The translations under genes and the position numbers were made by a program. A DNA stretch of 64,000 bases from an uncultured Spirochaetota bacterium. GTDB lineage: Bacteria; Spirochaetota; Spirochaetia; SZUA-6; CAVTHK01. Numbering within the stretch: the first letter of the stretch is position 1; every line of letters begins with the position of its first letter. The notes beneath the pieces were generated by a model, which saw only the letters and a program-made list of their open reading frames with translations, ran no database searches and was not told the DNA's origin. This document shows, piece by piece, positions 41,805 through 50,987 of this stretch. The DNA lies in assembly GCA_963734495.1 (NCBI GenBank), contig CAVTHK010000013.1:416001-480000 (forward strand), in the 5' to 3' direction.

Positions 41805-42320
41805 TCAGCGCCGCGCCGCGCCGGACACCGCGGCCACCACCCCCGCCACGGAGATGCCGAGGACGAGAAGCACTCCCAGGCCCAGCCCGACGATGACCAG
41901 GATGCCGGCGGTCCGCCAGAAGGAGGCCTGCCTGCGGAGCGCCTCCTCGATGGACGCCGCGCCGCCCTGCGAGAAGACCCGACCGATGGCGCCGGCGTAG
42001 CGGTGCAGCTGCAGCGTCGGAAGCAGATAGGCGACCGCGGCGACCACGAGATATGCCACGATCCCAAGCGCCGCCGCCCACCCTCCCACTTCGCCGGAGG
42101 CGCCGAAGATGGCGGCGCCCGCCATGATCACGCCGAACAACCCCAGGAACCCTGTGCCGATAAAGCCCAGAACGGAAAGAAACCGGACCCAGGGCCGCGT
42201 GGCCTTGAGCTGCTCGAGCATCGAGACGGTTACGCTCGCGCCCTCCAGCGCGAGGTTACCCTGAGGCGGGGAGACCTCGGTCGCGGGAGACTGATACGGG
42301 TTCGGCTCCGACACGGTCAT
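41805..42320 (-). CDS. Membrane protein, DUF5362-like
   Basis: 'NPYQSP' N-terminus, 'LKATRPWVRFLSVLGF', 'ALRRQASFW', three TM segments. Confidence 0.6.
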   Translation of the reverse strand: MTVSEPNPYQSPATEVSPPQGNLALEGASVTVSMLEQLKATRPWVRFLSVLGFIGTGFLGLFGVIMAGAAIFGASGEVGGWAAALGIVAYLVVAAVAYLLPTLQLHRYAGAIGRVFSQGGAASIEEALRRQASFWRTAGILVIVGLGLGVLLVLGISVAGVVAAVSGAARR

Positions 42321-42509
42321 GCCTCCTCGGATGCGCGACGGCCGCGATCGCGGAAGCGCCGCGGCCGCGTACCGCCGATCAGCCTATGGCCCCTCGCCTC
42401 CGCGGTCAAGTCGATTTCGCGCCGGCTGCCGATTTCGCGCCCGCTCATGGAGAAAGACCCGCTGTTGACTGCCGGCCGCGGGCAGGCCTAATTTCGTCGA
42501 GGGGACCTC

Positions 42510-43875
42510 ATGAAAGCGATCAATCCCGCCACGGGCGCGGTCATCGGCAATCACCCGGAGCTCACGGAATCTGCGGCGGCCGAGCGGCTCGAGGCGGCCG
42601 GCGTTGCCGCGAAAGCGTGGGCCGAAGCGTCCGGGGCCGAGCGCAGCCGGCTGATGAAAGCCGCCGCCGCCGTCCTCAAGGCCCGCCGCGATGCGCTCGC
42701 CCTCATCGTCACCGACGAGATGGGCAAGCCGGTCCGCGAAAGCCGCGCCGAGATCGAGAAGTGCATTCTGGTCTGCGAATACTTCGCGGACAGGGCCGCG
42801 GAGTTCCTGGCGGACGAGCCGGTCGAGACCGATGCCCGCAGGAGCCTCGTGGTCTACCGGCCCCTCGGCGTCATCCTCGCGGTCATGCCGTGGAACTACC
42901 CATTCTGGCAGGCATTCCGCGCCGCGGTGCCGGCTCTCATGGCGGGCAACGTCGTGGCGCTCAAGCACGCCTCAAACGTCCCCGGCTGCGCCCTCGCCAT
43001 CGAGAGCGTGTTCCGGGACGCCGGCTTTCCCCCCGGAGCCTTCACCACGCTGCTGGTGGGAAGCGGCGCCGTCCCCGCGCTCATCCGCCACCCCGCGGTC
43101 CGCGCGGTCACCCTGACCGGAAGCACGGCCGCGGGCGAGTCGGTCGCGGCCGAGGCGGGCCGCTGCCTCAAGAAGAGCGTGCTCGAGCTCGGCGGCAGCG
43201 ACGCGTACCTCGTCCTCGAGGACGCCGACCTGGACCTCGCGGCAAAGACCTGCGTGGCCGCGCGCCTCGCCAACTGCGGACAGAGCTGCATCTCGGCCAA
43301 GCGCCTGATCGCCGTCGACCGCGTCTTTGCCGAGATCGAGGAGCGGATACGTCAATGAAATGAAGAAGGTCGCCCCCGGCGACCCCCGCGACGAGGCCGC
43401 GAAGATGGGCCCGATGGCGCGCGGCGATCTGCGCGACGACCTCCACGGCCAGGTGCGCAGGAGCATCGACGCGGGCGCGCGCTGTCTCCTCGGCGGCAAG
43501 GTGCCCGCGGGTCCCGGATCGTTCTATCCGCCGACGCTGCTCACGGGAGTGCGCAAGGGCATGCCCGCGCACGACGAGGAGGTCTTCGGGCCCGTCGCGT
43601 GCCTCATCCGCGCCCGCGACGAGGAGGACGCCATCCGGATCGCGAACGACTCGCCGTTCGGGCTGGGCGCCGCGGTCTTTACGCGCGACGCGGCGCGCGG
43701 CGAGCGCATCGCGGCCGACCGCCTCGAGGCCGGCGCCTGCTTCGTGAACGCGATGGTCCGCTCCGACCCGCGGCTCCCCTTTGGCGGCATCAAGACGAGC
43801 GGCTACGGCCGCGAGCTGGCGCGGCACGGCATCCGCGAGCTCGTGAACGCGAAGACCGTGTACGTCGGCGGCTGA
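42510..43875 (+). CDS. NAD(P)-dependent aldehyde dehydrogenase (Sad/GabD1-like), frameshift near 43350
   Basis: 'INPATG', 'VMPWNYP', 'LKHASNVP', 'LELGGSD', 'GQSCISAKR', 'EEVFGP', 'PFGGIKTSGYGRE'. Confidence 0.92.
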
Positions 43876-43966
43876 GCGGCGACTTCGCAGCCCGGCACTA
43901 TCGCCATCCATGGCTGTGCACCCCGGCGAGTACGCCGGACCTTCGGGGGCAACGACCTCCTTGTCG

Positions 43967-43995
43967 TTGACCCCGGCGCGCGGCGGGAGTAATGT
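43967..43995 (+). promoter_or_regulatory. Sigma70-type promoter TTGACC-N17-TAATGT for the GNAT-thiolase-DUF35 operon
   Basis: -35 at 43967-43972, -10 at 43990-43995, GAGGAGG RBS before ATG 44029. Confidence 0.55.
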
Positions 43996-44028
43996 TGCCG
44001 CGCTCACAAATCCCTCGAGGAGGAGCCC

Positions 44029-44721
44029 ATGGCTGTTGACGAGCTCGAGAAGAAACTCAGGCCGCCCGAGCTGCAGATGGCGCCCTACCCCGCCAAGGTC
44101 ATCACGCTGGCCAACGGCGAGAAGATGGTGGTGCGCGAAGCGAAACGCGAGGAGGTCGGCGCCCTCCTCGGCACGATCTACCCGCTGCTCGGCGTCGCCA
44201 AGGACTTCTACGACGTGGTCGCCGCGCGCATGTACGCCGAGGTGCTCGGCTGGTTCCGCTACCGCGTGGCCAACGAGTTCGTGCTCGTCGGCGCGATCGA
44301 CGGCGAGATCGCCGGCATCGTCAACAGCCGCATGTGGGACGCGAAGCGCGGCATCAGCCTTCACACGATGACCATCAGGCGCGGCCTGCGCATCGGGGCG
44401 CAGCTGTTCGCCGCCAAGATGGAGCACCACATCGAGTACCTCAAGCAGGACGAGGTGAACATCGTCGCGGAGAGCCCGATCGGCTTCCGGCGGTGGATGA
44501 TCGAGTACCAGCTCGAGGACAGGAGCGGGAGCTACCCCGGCCTGCAGCACGAGCTCGGCGGCGTGCCCACCTTCACCCTGACCCGTGACCTCTACTTCAA
44601 GGCGAAGGCCGAGAAGGTCACGGGGACGCGCCCCGTCCCGGCCGACGTGCTTGCGACCGCGAACAAGCTGCGCATGCCGGAGACCTACCCGCAGATCCCC
44701 GGCTTCAAGAGGGGCAAGTGA
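44029..44721 (+). CDS. GNAT-fold (N-acetyltransferase-like) protein
   Basis: 'VVREAKREE', 'LVGAIDGEIAGIV', motif-A-like 'RRGLRIGAQLF'. Confidence 0.6.
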   Translation: MAVDELEKKLRPPELQMAPYPAKVITLANGEKMVVREAKREEVGALLGTIYPLLGVAKDFYDVVAARMYAEVLGWFRYRVANEFVLVGAIDGEIAGIVNSRMWDAKRGISLHTMTIRRGLRIGAQLFAAKMEHHIEYLKQDEVNIVAESPIGFRRWMIEYQLEDRSGSYPGLQHELGGVPTFTLTRDLYFKAKAEKVTGTRPVPADVLATANKLRMPETYPQIPGFKRGK

Positions 44722-45947
44722 TGGCCGCCCGCGTAGGCGTGGTGGGCATCGGGCACACGGCCTTCGGAAACCTGAGCGACTACGAGCTCACGGACATCCT
44801 CGCCTACGCGTCGACCGACGCGCTGCTCGACGCGGGGATCCTCGAGGAGCGGCGCATCGTCGACCAGGTCATCGTCGGCAACATGGCGTCCGGGCTCTTC
44901 AACCACCAGAGCGGCATCGCGTCGGCCATGGTGAGCAAGCTCGACATGGAGCCGGTGCCCGCCGAGCTCGTGGAGAACGGCCCCGCGAGCGGCGCGAGCG
45001 CGATCAAGATCGGGTACATGGCGATCGCGAGCGGCATGGCCGACGTGGTGCTCGTGACGGCGGGCGAGCTCATGCGCAAGGTCACGGGCTGGCTCGCCAC
45101 GGACTACGTGGCGACGCTGCTGCACCCGCAGGCCGAGTACGACATGGGGCTGACGCTGCCCGCGTTCGGCGGGATGCTCGCGCGCCTGTACATGGAGCGC
45201 TACGGGGCGACGGAGCGCGACCTCGCGCTGGTCGCGGTCAAGGACCACGACAACGGGGCGAAGAACCCGTACGCGCACGTGCGCGGCACCTGCACGATCG
45301 ACGCGATCCACGACAACCCGAACGCGCACGTCGTCAACAACTACGTGGCCGAGCCGCTGCGCATCTACAGCATGTGCCCGGTCTCGGACGGCGCGGCGAG
45401 CCTCGTGCTCGCCAACCTCGACTCGCCGAAGATCAAGCACTTCCGCAAGCCGCCGGTCCTCATCTCCGGGATCGCGTCGGCCACCGACACGCACTGCGTG
45501 CACCACAGGGCCGACCCGCTGGCTCTGAACGCGGTGCGCCTGAGCGCCGAAAAGGCGTACGCGATGGCCGGCCTCAAGCCGTCGGACATCAGCTTCGCCG
45601 AGCTGCACGACGCCTTCGTCATCCTCGAGATCTGCATCAGCGAGGAGGTCGGCTTCTTCGAGAGGGGCAAGGGGTACCTCGCCGTGCGCGAGGGAGCGAC
45701 GGCTCTCAGCGGGCGCCTCCCGATCAACACCTCCGGCGGGCTCAAGGCCAAGGGGCACCCGGTCGGCGCCACGGGCGTGTCGCAGGTCTTCGAGCTGGTC
45801 AAGCAGCTTCGCGGCGAGTGCGAGAAAGAGGGCCGGCAGGTGAAGAACGCGAAGCACGGCCTCGCCGTCAACTTCGGCGGGTTCGGCAACAACGTGGTCA
45901 CGACCATATGCTCAGCGCTGCCGGACGGCGCGAAGGGCAAGAGGTAG
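44721..45947 (+). CDS. Thiolase-fold protein (SCP-x/archaeal type) lacking the nucleophilic Cys
   Basis: 'VGVVGIGHT.FG', 'AVKDHDNGAKNPYAH', 'CPVSDGAA', 'AELHDAF', 'PINTSGGLKAKGHPVGATG'; ENGPASG where ENACASG is expected. Confidence 0.92.
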   Translation: MAARVGVVGIGHTAFGNLSDYELTDILAYASTDALLDAGILEERRIVDQVIVGNMASGLFNHQSGIASAMVSKLDMEPVPAELVENGPASGASAIKIGYMAIASGMADVVLVTAGELMRKVTGWLATDYVATLLHPQAEYDMGLTLPAFGGMLARLYMERYGATERDLALVAVKDHDNGAKNPYAHVRGTCTIDAIHDNPNAHVVNNYVAEPLRIYSMCPVSDGAASLVLANLDSPKIKHFRKPPVLISGIASATDTHCVHHRADPLALNAVRLSAEKAYAMAGLKPSDISFAELHDAFVILEICISEEVGFFERGKGYLAVREGATALSGRLPINTSGGLKAKGHPVGATGVSQVFELVKQLRGECEKEGRQVKNAKHGLAVNFGGFGNNVVTTICSALPDGAKGKR

Positions 45948-45951
45948 CGGC

Positions 45952-46344
45952 ATGATCGATTTCAGCGTCTACGACGTCAAGAAGCCCGAGATCCACGCCG
46001 TCCGCTGCCCCAAGTGCGGAAAGCTCGACTATCCCGCGCCCATGATCTGCAAGGGGTGCGGCACGCGGCGCGACCCTTCGGGGATCAAGGCGCCGGACTG
46101 GGAGAAGGTCGCGCTCGAGGGACCCTGCAAGCTGCTCACGTGGACCAAGGTGTACGCCCTGCCCGAGGGTTACGAGAAGCCGTTCCTCCTGTTCGGCATC
46201 GTCGAGATGGCCAACGGCCTGCGGGCCGCCGGCCGCCTCGAGGTCGACCAGCCGAAGAGCGGGATGGCGCTCGAGGCGACCGTCGAGGTTTCCGACGAGC
46301 GGCCGGGCCGCGAGGTGAACATCTTCGTGTTCAAGCAGGGGTAG
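45952..46344 (+). CDS. DUF35 family Zn-ribbon/OB-fold protein
   Basis: CPKC...CKGC ribbon followed by OB-fold 'LLTWTKV...PEGYEKPFLLFGIVEM'. Confidence 0.88.
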   Translation: MIDFSVYDVKKPEIHAVRCPKCGKLDYPAPMICKGCGTRRDPSGIKAPDWEKVALEGPCKLLTWTKVYALPEGYEKPFLLFGIVEMANGLRAAGRLEVDQPKSGMALEATVEVSDERPGREVNIFVFKQG

Positions 46345-46358
46345 CAGGACCCCGCGGC

Positions 46359-48185
46359 TCAGCGCACGACCTTCACGCGCTCCTCGCGCACGTTGGCCAG
46401 CGTCTTGCCGCTGATGTAGTCGAGGAACGCCTCGGCGTCGCCGAACTGCGTGTCGTACTTGCCGCCCGCCGCGTTGGGCGTGTCGTAGCGGTCTCCCCCG
46501 GCAGCCATGAAGCTGTTGACCACGACGCTGTAGCGGTGCGCTGCGTCGATCGGCGCGTAGGCGCCGCCGGCGCCCTTGACGCGGACGTCGCGGATGCGCT
46601 CGCCTTTCGGGCGGCCGAGGTCGATCGTGAACGCGATGCCCGACACGTAGACATACGGCGCCCGTTCGTCGGCGCCGTAGCGCGACACCTGGAAGTCCAC
46701 CGCCTCCTCGAGGGACCGGACGACCTCGGCCCCGGTGAGCGGCACGGTGACCAGAGTGTTTCCGAACGGCAGCAGCTCGTAGACAGCGGCGACGCTGATG
46801 GGCCCCTCGTTGATGCCGGTGCGCACGCCGCCGGTGTTGTACAGCGCGATGTCCGCGCCGGTCCTCCAGGCCATGGCGTCGGCCACGATCGGCCCGGGTC
46901 CGCGGTTGCGGCCGCGCGGCATCTCCTCGGCCGCGCGCGCGATCACGCGCGTCCGCATCTCCGCCACGCCCTCGGCGTACGAGGCGAGCTTGCGGGCTCC
47001 GACGGGGTCGGGGTCGACCAGCGCCACCGCGGGATCCGCTTCCAGCCGCTCGAGCAGCGCGTCGTACACGCGGCGATAGGCCGCGGCCTGGGCGGCCGCC
47101 GTGACCGGCGCGTACACCGAGCCGTCGTACTCGGCGACGGAGAGCTGCCCGGATCCGCCGCGGGTGACTTCAATTCGTTTCTTCTTTCCCTCCAGGTCGG
47201 GAACGTCGTAGATGCGGAAGAGCCGACGCCCGATGACCGCCCGCGGCCGCCCGCTCCAGGCGACGACCTTGCCGCCGGCATCGAAGCGGACCTCGAGCAT
47301 CCCGAGCACCTTGCCCCACTCCCAGGCGTGCACGACGAGGGTCCTCGCGCCGTCGGCGCCGGCCGCCTCGGTCGGGTAGCGCCCGCGCGAAGCGAGGCCG
47401 ATGCGCGAGAAGTCGCCGAGCAGCGTGTGCGAGTGCCCGCCCACGATCACGTCGACGCCGGAGAGGCGCGCGGCGAGCCTGAGGTCCTCCTCGTACCCCT
47501 CGTGGGTGAGCAGCACGACCCTCCTGACTCCGGCGCGGGTGAGCGCGTCGATCGCGGGCTGCGCGCTCGCGGCGGGATCCGCGAAGCGGATGCGGGGACC
47601 GGGACTCGAGATGAAGGGGGTCTCGTCGGTGGTCAGCCCCACGATGCCGACGCGCTCGCCCCCGGCCTCGAGGATCGTGAAGGCGTGGACGCGCGAGACG
47701 TCGATCGCGGGCTCGGCCGAGAAGTCGACGTTGGCCGACACCACCGGAAACTTCGCGAGCGCGAGCAGGCCGGACTGCAGCAGGTCCGCGCCCTTGTCGA
47801 ACTCGTGGTTGCCGAGCGTCGCGACGTCGAGGCCCATCAGGTTCCAGAAGTCGGTGTCGGCCGCGCCGCGGTAGCGGGTAAAGTAGAGCGAGCCCTGAAA
47901 GAGGTCGCCCGAGTGCAGGAAGAGCGGGTTCTTCGCCGCCGAGCGCGCCGCGCTCACGGCGCTCATGAGCTCGGGGAACCCGCCCAGCTCGGCGAACACG
48001 GGGACCTGCTGGAGCGTTCCGTCGATGTCGACGCGGAGCCTGACCTCGGTCGGCTCCAGGCGCGAGTGCGTGTCCCCGACGTGAAGCAGGGTCAGCACCC
48101 CTGCCGCGGACTCCTGCGCGACCGCGCCCCGGACAAAGACGAGAATCAAGGCGGCTGCCAGCGCGCGGCCGCGCGTGCCGGTCAT
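46359..48185 (-). CDS. Exported bifunctional metallophosphatase / 5'-nucleotidase
   Basis: Signal peptide; 'GDTHS', 'SGDLFQG', 'LGNHEFDKG', 'GGHSH', 'NTGGVR', 'LPFGN'. Confidence 0.93.
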   Translation of the reverse strand: MTGTRGRALAAALILVFVRGAVAQESAAGVLTLLHVGDTHSRLEPTEVRLRVDIDGTLQQVPVFAELGGFPELMSAVSAARSAAKNPLFLHSGDLFQGSLYFTRYRGAADTDFWNLMGLDVATLGNHEFDKGADLLQSGLLALAKFPVVSANVDFSAEPAIDVSRVHAFTILEAGGERVGIVGLTTDETPFISSPGPRIRFADPAASAQPAIDALTRAGVRRVVLLTHEGYEEDLRLAARLSGVDVIVGGHSHTLLGDFSRIGLASRGRYPTEAAGADGARTLVVHAWEWGKVLGMLEVRFDAGGKVVAWSGRPRAVIGRRLFRIYDVPDLEGKKKRIEVTRGGSGQLSVAEYDGSVYAPVTAAAQAAAYRRVYDALLERLEADPAVALVDPDPVGARKLASYAEGVAEMRTRVIARAAEEMPRGRNRGPGPIVADAMAWRTGADIALYNTGGVRTGINEGPISVAAVYELLPFGNTLVTVPLTGAEVVRSLEEAVDFQVSRYGADERAPYVYVSGIAFTIDLGRPKGERIRDVRVKGAGGAYAPIDAAHRYSVVVNSFMAAGGDRYDTPNAAGGKYDTQFGDAEAFLDYISGKTLANVREERVKVVR

Positions 48186-48249
48186 GGCTCCCAATGTAGC
48201 GCAAAGGGCGCTCGGGCTGCTATGCTCCGCGCCAGGGAGGCGCACCGAC

Positions 48250-49152
48250 ATGCCGCAGGATCTGAGAGTCGCGCTGATCGGGCTGGACACGAGCCACTCG
48301 ATCGAGTTCACGCGCCGGATGCAGGCGCCGGATTGCCCGGCGGAGCAGAAAGTCGCGGGCCTGCGGGCAGTCTCGTGCCTGCGCTTCGAGACGCCGTTCC
48401 AGGGCCGCGACGGTCTCGACCAGCGGCAGAAGCAGCTCAAGGAGTGGGGAGTCCGCGTCACCGAGAGCTTCGACGAGGCGGTCGACGGCTGCGACGCGGT
48501 CATGATCGAGATCAATGACCCCGCCCTCCACGTCGAGTATTTCGCGCGGTGCGCGGCGCTCGGGAAGCCCGTGTTCCTCGACAAGCCGCTGGCCGACGGC
48601 GTCGACGCGGGCAGGCGCATCCTCGACGCGGCGAAAGCGGCCGCGACCCGCTTTTTCTCGGCGTCCTCCCTGCGCTTCGTGCCGGAGCTGGCGCAGGCGT
48701 GCGCCCGCTTCCCGCGGCCGGAACGGGCGAGCATGTTCGGGCCGCTCGGCAAGGCGCCCGCGGGAAGCTCGGTGGTCTGGTACGGGGTGCACGCCTTCGA
48801 GATGCTCGAGCGCGCGATGGGCCCCGGCGCGGGATCCGTGCGCGCGGTGGGCGACGACGGCGGCGCCGTGGCTGTGGTGGACTACGGCGGCCTTCGCCGC
48901 GGCGTGGTCGAGCTGACCGTCGGCCCCTATGTCTACGGCGGGGCGCTGCGCGCTCAGCGCGAGGGGACCGCGTTCGTCGTCGACATGGGCCGGGCCTACA
49001 GCGCCCTGCTCGAGCGGATCGCCGCGTTCTTCCGCGGCGCGCCCGAGCCGGTCCCGCACGCGGAGACGCTCGAGGTCTCCGCGCTCCTGGAGGCGGCCGA
49101 CAGGTCGCTCGTTTCGGGAAGGGAAGAGCCGGTGGCAAAGGTGAGCGCATGA
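48250..49152 (+). CDS. Gfo/Idh/MocA family oxidoreductase
   Basis: 'VALIGLDTSH', 'KPVFLDKPLA', 'SASSLRF', 'WYGVH'. Confidence 0.85.
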   Translation: MPQDLRVALIGLDTSHSIEFTRRMQAPDCPAEQKVAGLRAVSCLRFETPFQGRDGLDQRQKQLKEWGVRVTESFDEAVDGCDAVMIEINDPALHVEYFARCAALGKPVFLDKPLADGVDAGRRILDAAKAAATRFFSASSLRFVPELAQACARFPRPERASMFGPLGKAPAGSSVVWYGVHAFEMLERAMGPGAGSVRAVGDDGGAVAVVDYGGLRRGVVELTVGPYVYGGALRAQREGTAFVVDMGRAYSALLERIAAFFRGAPEPVPHAETLEVSALLEAADRSLVSGREEPVAKVSA

Positions 49153-50243
49153 TCGACTACGAAGAGCTGGGGGTCAGGCCGTTCATCAACGCGGCCGGCA
49201 CCATCACGACGCTCGGCGGCAGCCTCATGCCGCCCGAGGCGCTCGCGGCCGCGGCCCAGGCAGCGAGGGCCTTCGTCGACCTCAACGACCTTCACGTCAG
49301 GGCGGGGCAATGGCTCGCCCGCCGGATCGGGGTCGAAGCGGCTTTCGTGTCGGCCGGGGCCGCCAGCGGGATGCAGCTCGCGGCCGCGGCCTGCCTGACG
49401 GGGACGGACGAGCGGCGCGTGCGCTCGCTCCCGCGCACGCGCGGCTGGAACAACGAGTTCGTGGTGAGCAGCGTCGACCCGCACGCCTACATCCACCAGG
49501 GCATCGAGGCGTGCGGCGGCAGGCTCGTGCGCGCCGGGACCGAGCGAGGCGTCACGACCGCGCAGATCCTGGCCTGCATCGGCCCGAAGACGGCCGCGGT
49601 CGTCCACTTTCTCGGCCGCCAGACCAGGGAGCAGCTCCGCGAGGTGATCGAGGGCGCCGGCGGAAGAGCGCCGGTGATCGTCGACGCGGCGGCGCAGCTT
49701 CCGCCCCGCGCGAACCTCGCGGACATCGCGGGCATGGGCGCCGGCCTCGTCGTGTTCAGCGGCGGCAAGGGGATCCGCGGGCCGCAGTGCACCGGGCTCG
49801 TGATCGGCCGCGGGGACCTCGTGGACGCCGTCAGGCTCAACGGGAGCCCCTTTAGCGCGATCGGCCGCGGCATGAAGGTCGGCAAGGAGGAGATCCTCGC
49901 GCTGCTCGCGGCCGTCGACCTCTTCCTCGCGGGCAGCGACGCGGACGACTTCGAGCGGTGGGGTCGTCAGGCCGCGGTCATCGCCGAGGCCGCGGCATCG
50001 ACGCGATTCGCGGCCCGCGTCCGCAGCAGCGGCCAGCCCGCCAACCCCGACTTCGCTCCCCGCGCCTACGTGGATCTCGCCGCCGACCAGGCCGAGCGGC
50101 TGATGCGGGCGATGCGGGACGGCGAGCCCTCGATCGTGCTGCGCGCGGCGCCGGAGGGGGTCGCGATCGATCCGATGACGCTGGAGCCGGGCGAGGAACG
50201 CACGGTCGCGCGCCGCCTCGCGGAGGAGCTGGGCCGGCTCTGA
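49149..50243 (+). CDS. SelA-like PLP-dependent enzyme (DgaE-related ammonia-lyase family)
   Basis: 'GVRPFINAAGTITTLGGS', 'VDAAAQ', PLP lysine in 'FSGGKGIRGPQ', 'IGRGMKVGKE'. Confidence 0.85.
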   Translation: MIDYEELGVRPFINAAGTITTLGGSLMPPEALAAAAQAARAFVDLNDLHVRAGQWLARRIGVEAAFVSAGAASGMQLAAAACLTGTDERRVRSLPRTRGWNNEFVVSSVDPHAYIHQGIEACGGRLVRAGTERGVTTAQILACIGPKTAAVVHFLGRQTREQLREVIEGAGGRAPVIVDAAAQLPPRANLADIAGMGAGLVVFSGGKGIRGPQCTGLVIGRGDLVDAVRLNGSPFSAIGRGMKVGKEEILALLAAVDLFLAGSDADDFERWGRQAAVIAEAAASTRFAARVRSSGQPANPDFAPRAYVDLAADQAERLMRAMRDGEPSIVLRAAPEGVAIDPMTLEPGEERTVARRLAEELGRL

Positions 50244-50255
50244 TCGGGCGGGCGG

Positions 50256-50987
50256 CTACTTGCCGTCGCCGGCGGGGCGGGAGAGCGCGTCGAGCCGCGT
50301 GCGCGCGGCCGAGTCCTCCTGCAGCTTGAGGTAGGCGGCGAGGGCCGCCTTCGCCTTTTCCCGGTCGCCGAGAGCGAGCTCGTAGATGTCCGCGAGCGTG
50401 AGGTAGACCGCCGGCGCTCGCACGCCTTCGGCGATCATCTGCTCGAGCAGCTGCGCGGCCCGCCGCGGGTCGCCGCCCCTCAGCACGAGGATCGCCCTGA
50501 GGTACCGGACGTCCGCCTGCCGGGGGCTCACCGCCTCGGCGCGAACCAGGAGGCTCTCCGCCTCGGCCAGCTTCCGGTCGGCCAGGGCCGTCTCGGTCCT
50601 GCTGAGAAGCTCCTCGAGCGAAACGACCTTGAGGTAGAGCACCTGGTTCCTGTCGTAGAAGTCGAACGCGACCTCGAGGCGCTCGAACCCCGCCTTCGCG
50701 ATGGCGACCCTGTGCGCGCCCCTGCCGAGCTCAGGCACCGAGAAGCGGCCGCTCAGATCGGTCGTCGGGCCGGGGGCCCCGTCGATCTCCAGCCGCGCGC
50801 CGGCGCACGGCTCGTTGCGCTCGTCGTACACCATCCCGAAGAGCTGAGCCTTGTCGAAGCCCTGGATGTCGGACGCCGATGCGGAGAGACACGCGCTGAG
50901 CCCGACGCATGCCGCGCACACCGCGCAGGCCAGCAACGCCGCGCCGCGCGCGGCGGCCCCGCGCGCGCGAATCTTCGACTCAGCCAA
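50256..50987 (-). CDS. Putative lipoprotein with carboxypeptidase-regulatory-like beta-sandwich and TPR domain
   Basis: 'LSAC' lipobox-like motif; 'GMVYDE..PCAGA', 'TTDLSGRF', 'KAGFE'; helical C-terminal repeats. Confidence 0.65.
   Translation of the reverse strand: MAESKIRARGAAARGAALLACAVCAACVGLSACLSASASDIQGFDKAQLFGMVYDERNEPCAGARLEIDGAPGPTTDLSGRFSVPELGRGAHRVAIAKAGFERLEVAFDFYDRNQVLYLKVVSLEELLSRTETALADRKLAEAESLLVRAEAVSPRQADVRYLRAILVLRGGDPRRAAQLLEQMIAEGVRAPAVYLTLADIYELALGDREKAKAALAAYLKLQEDSAARTRLDALSRPAGDGK

Noticed and set aside
49149-50243. Selenocysteine synthase selA
   Set aside because: The protein is short (about 364 aa), has DgaE-type motifs, and no selB, selC or selD is present in the window.
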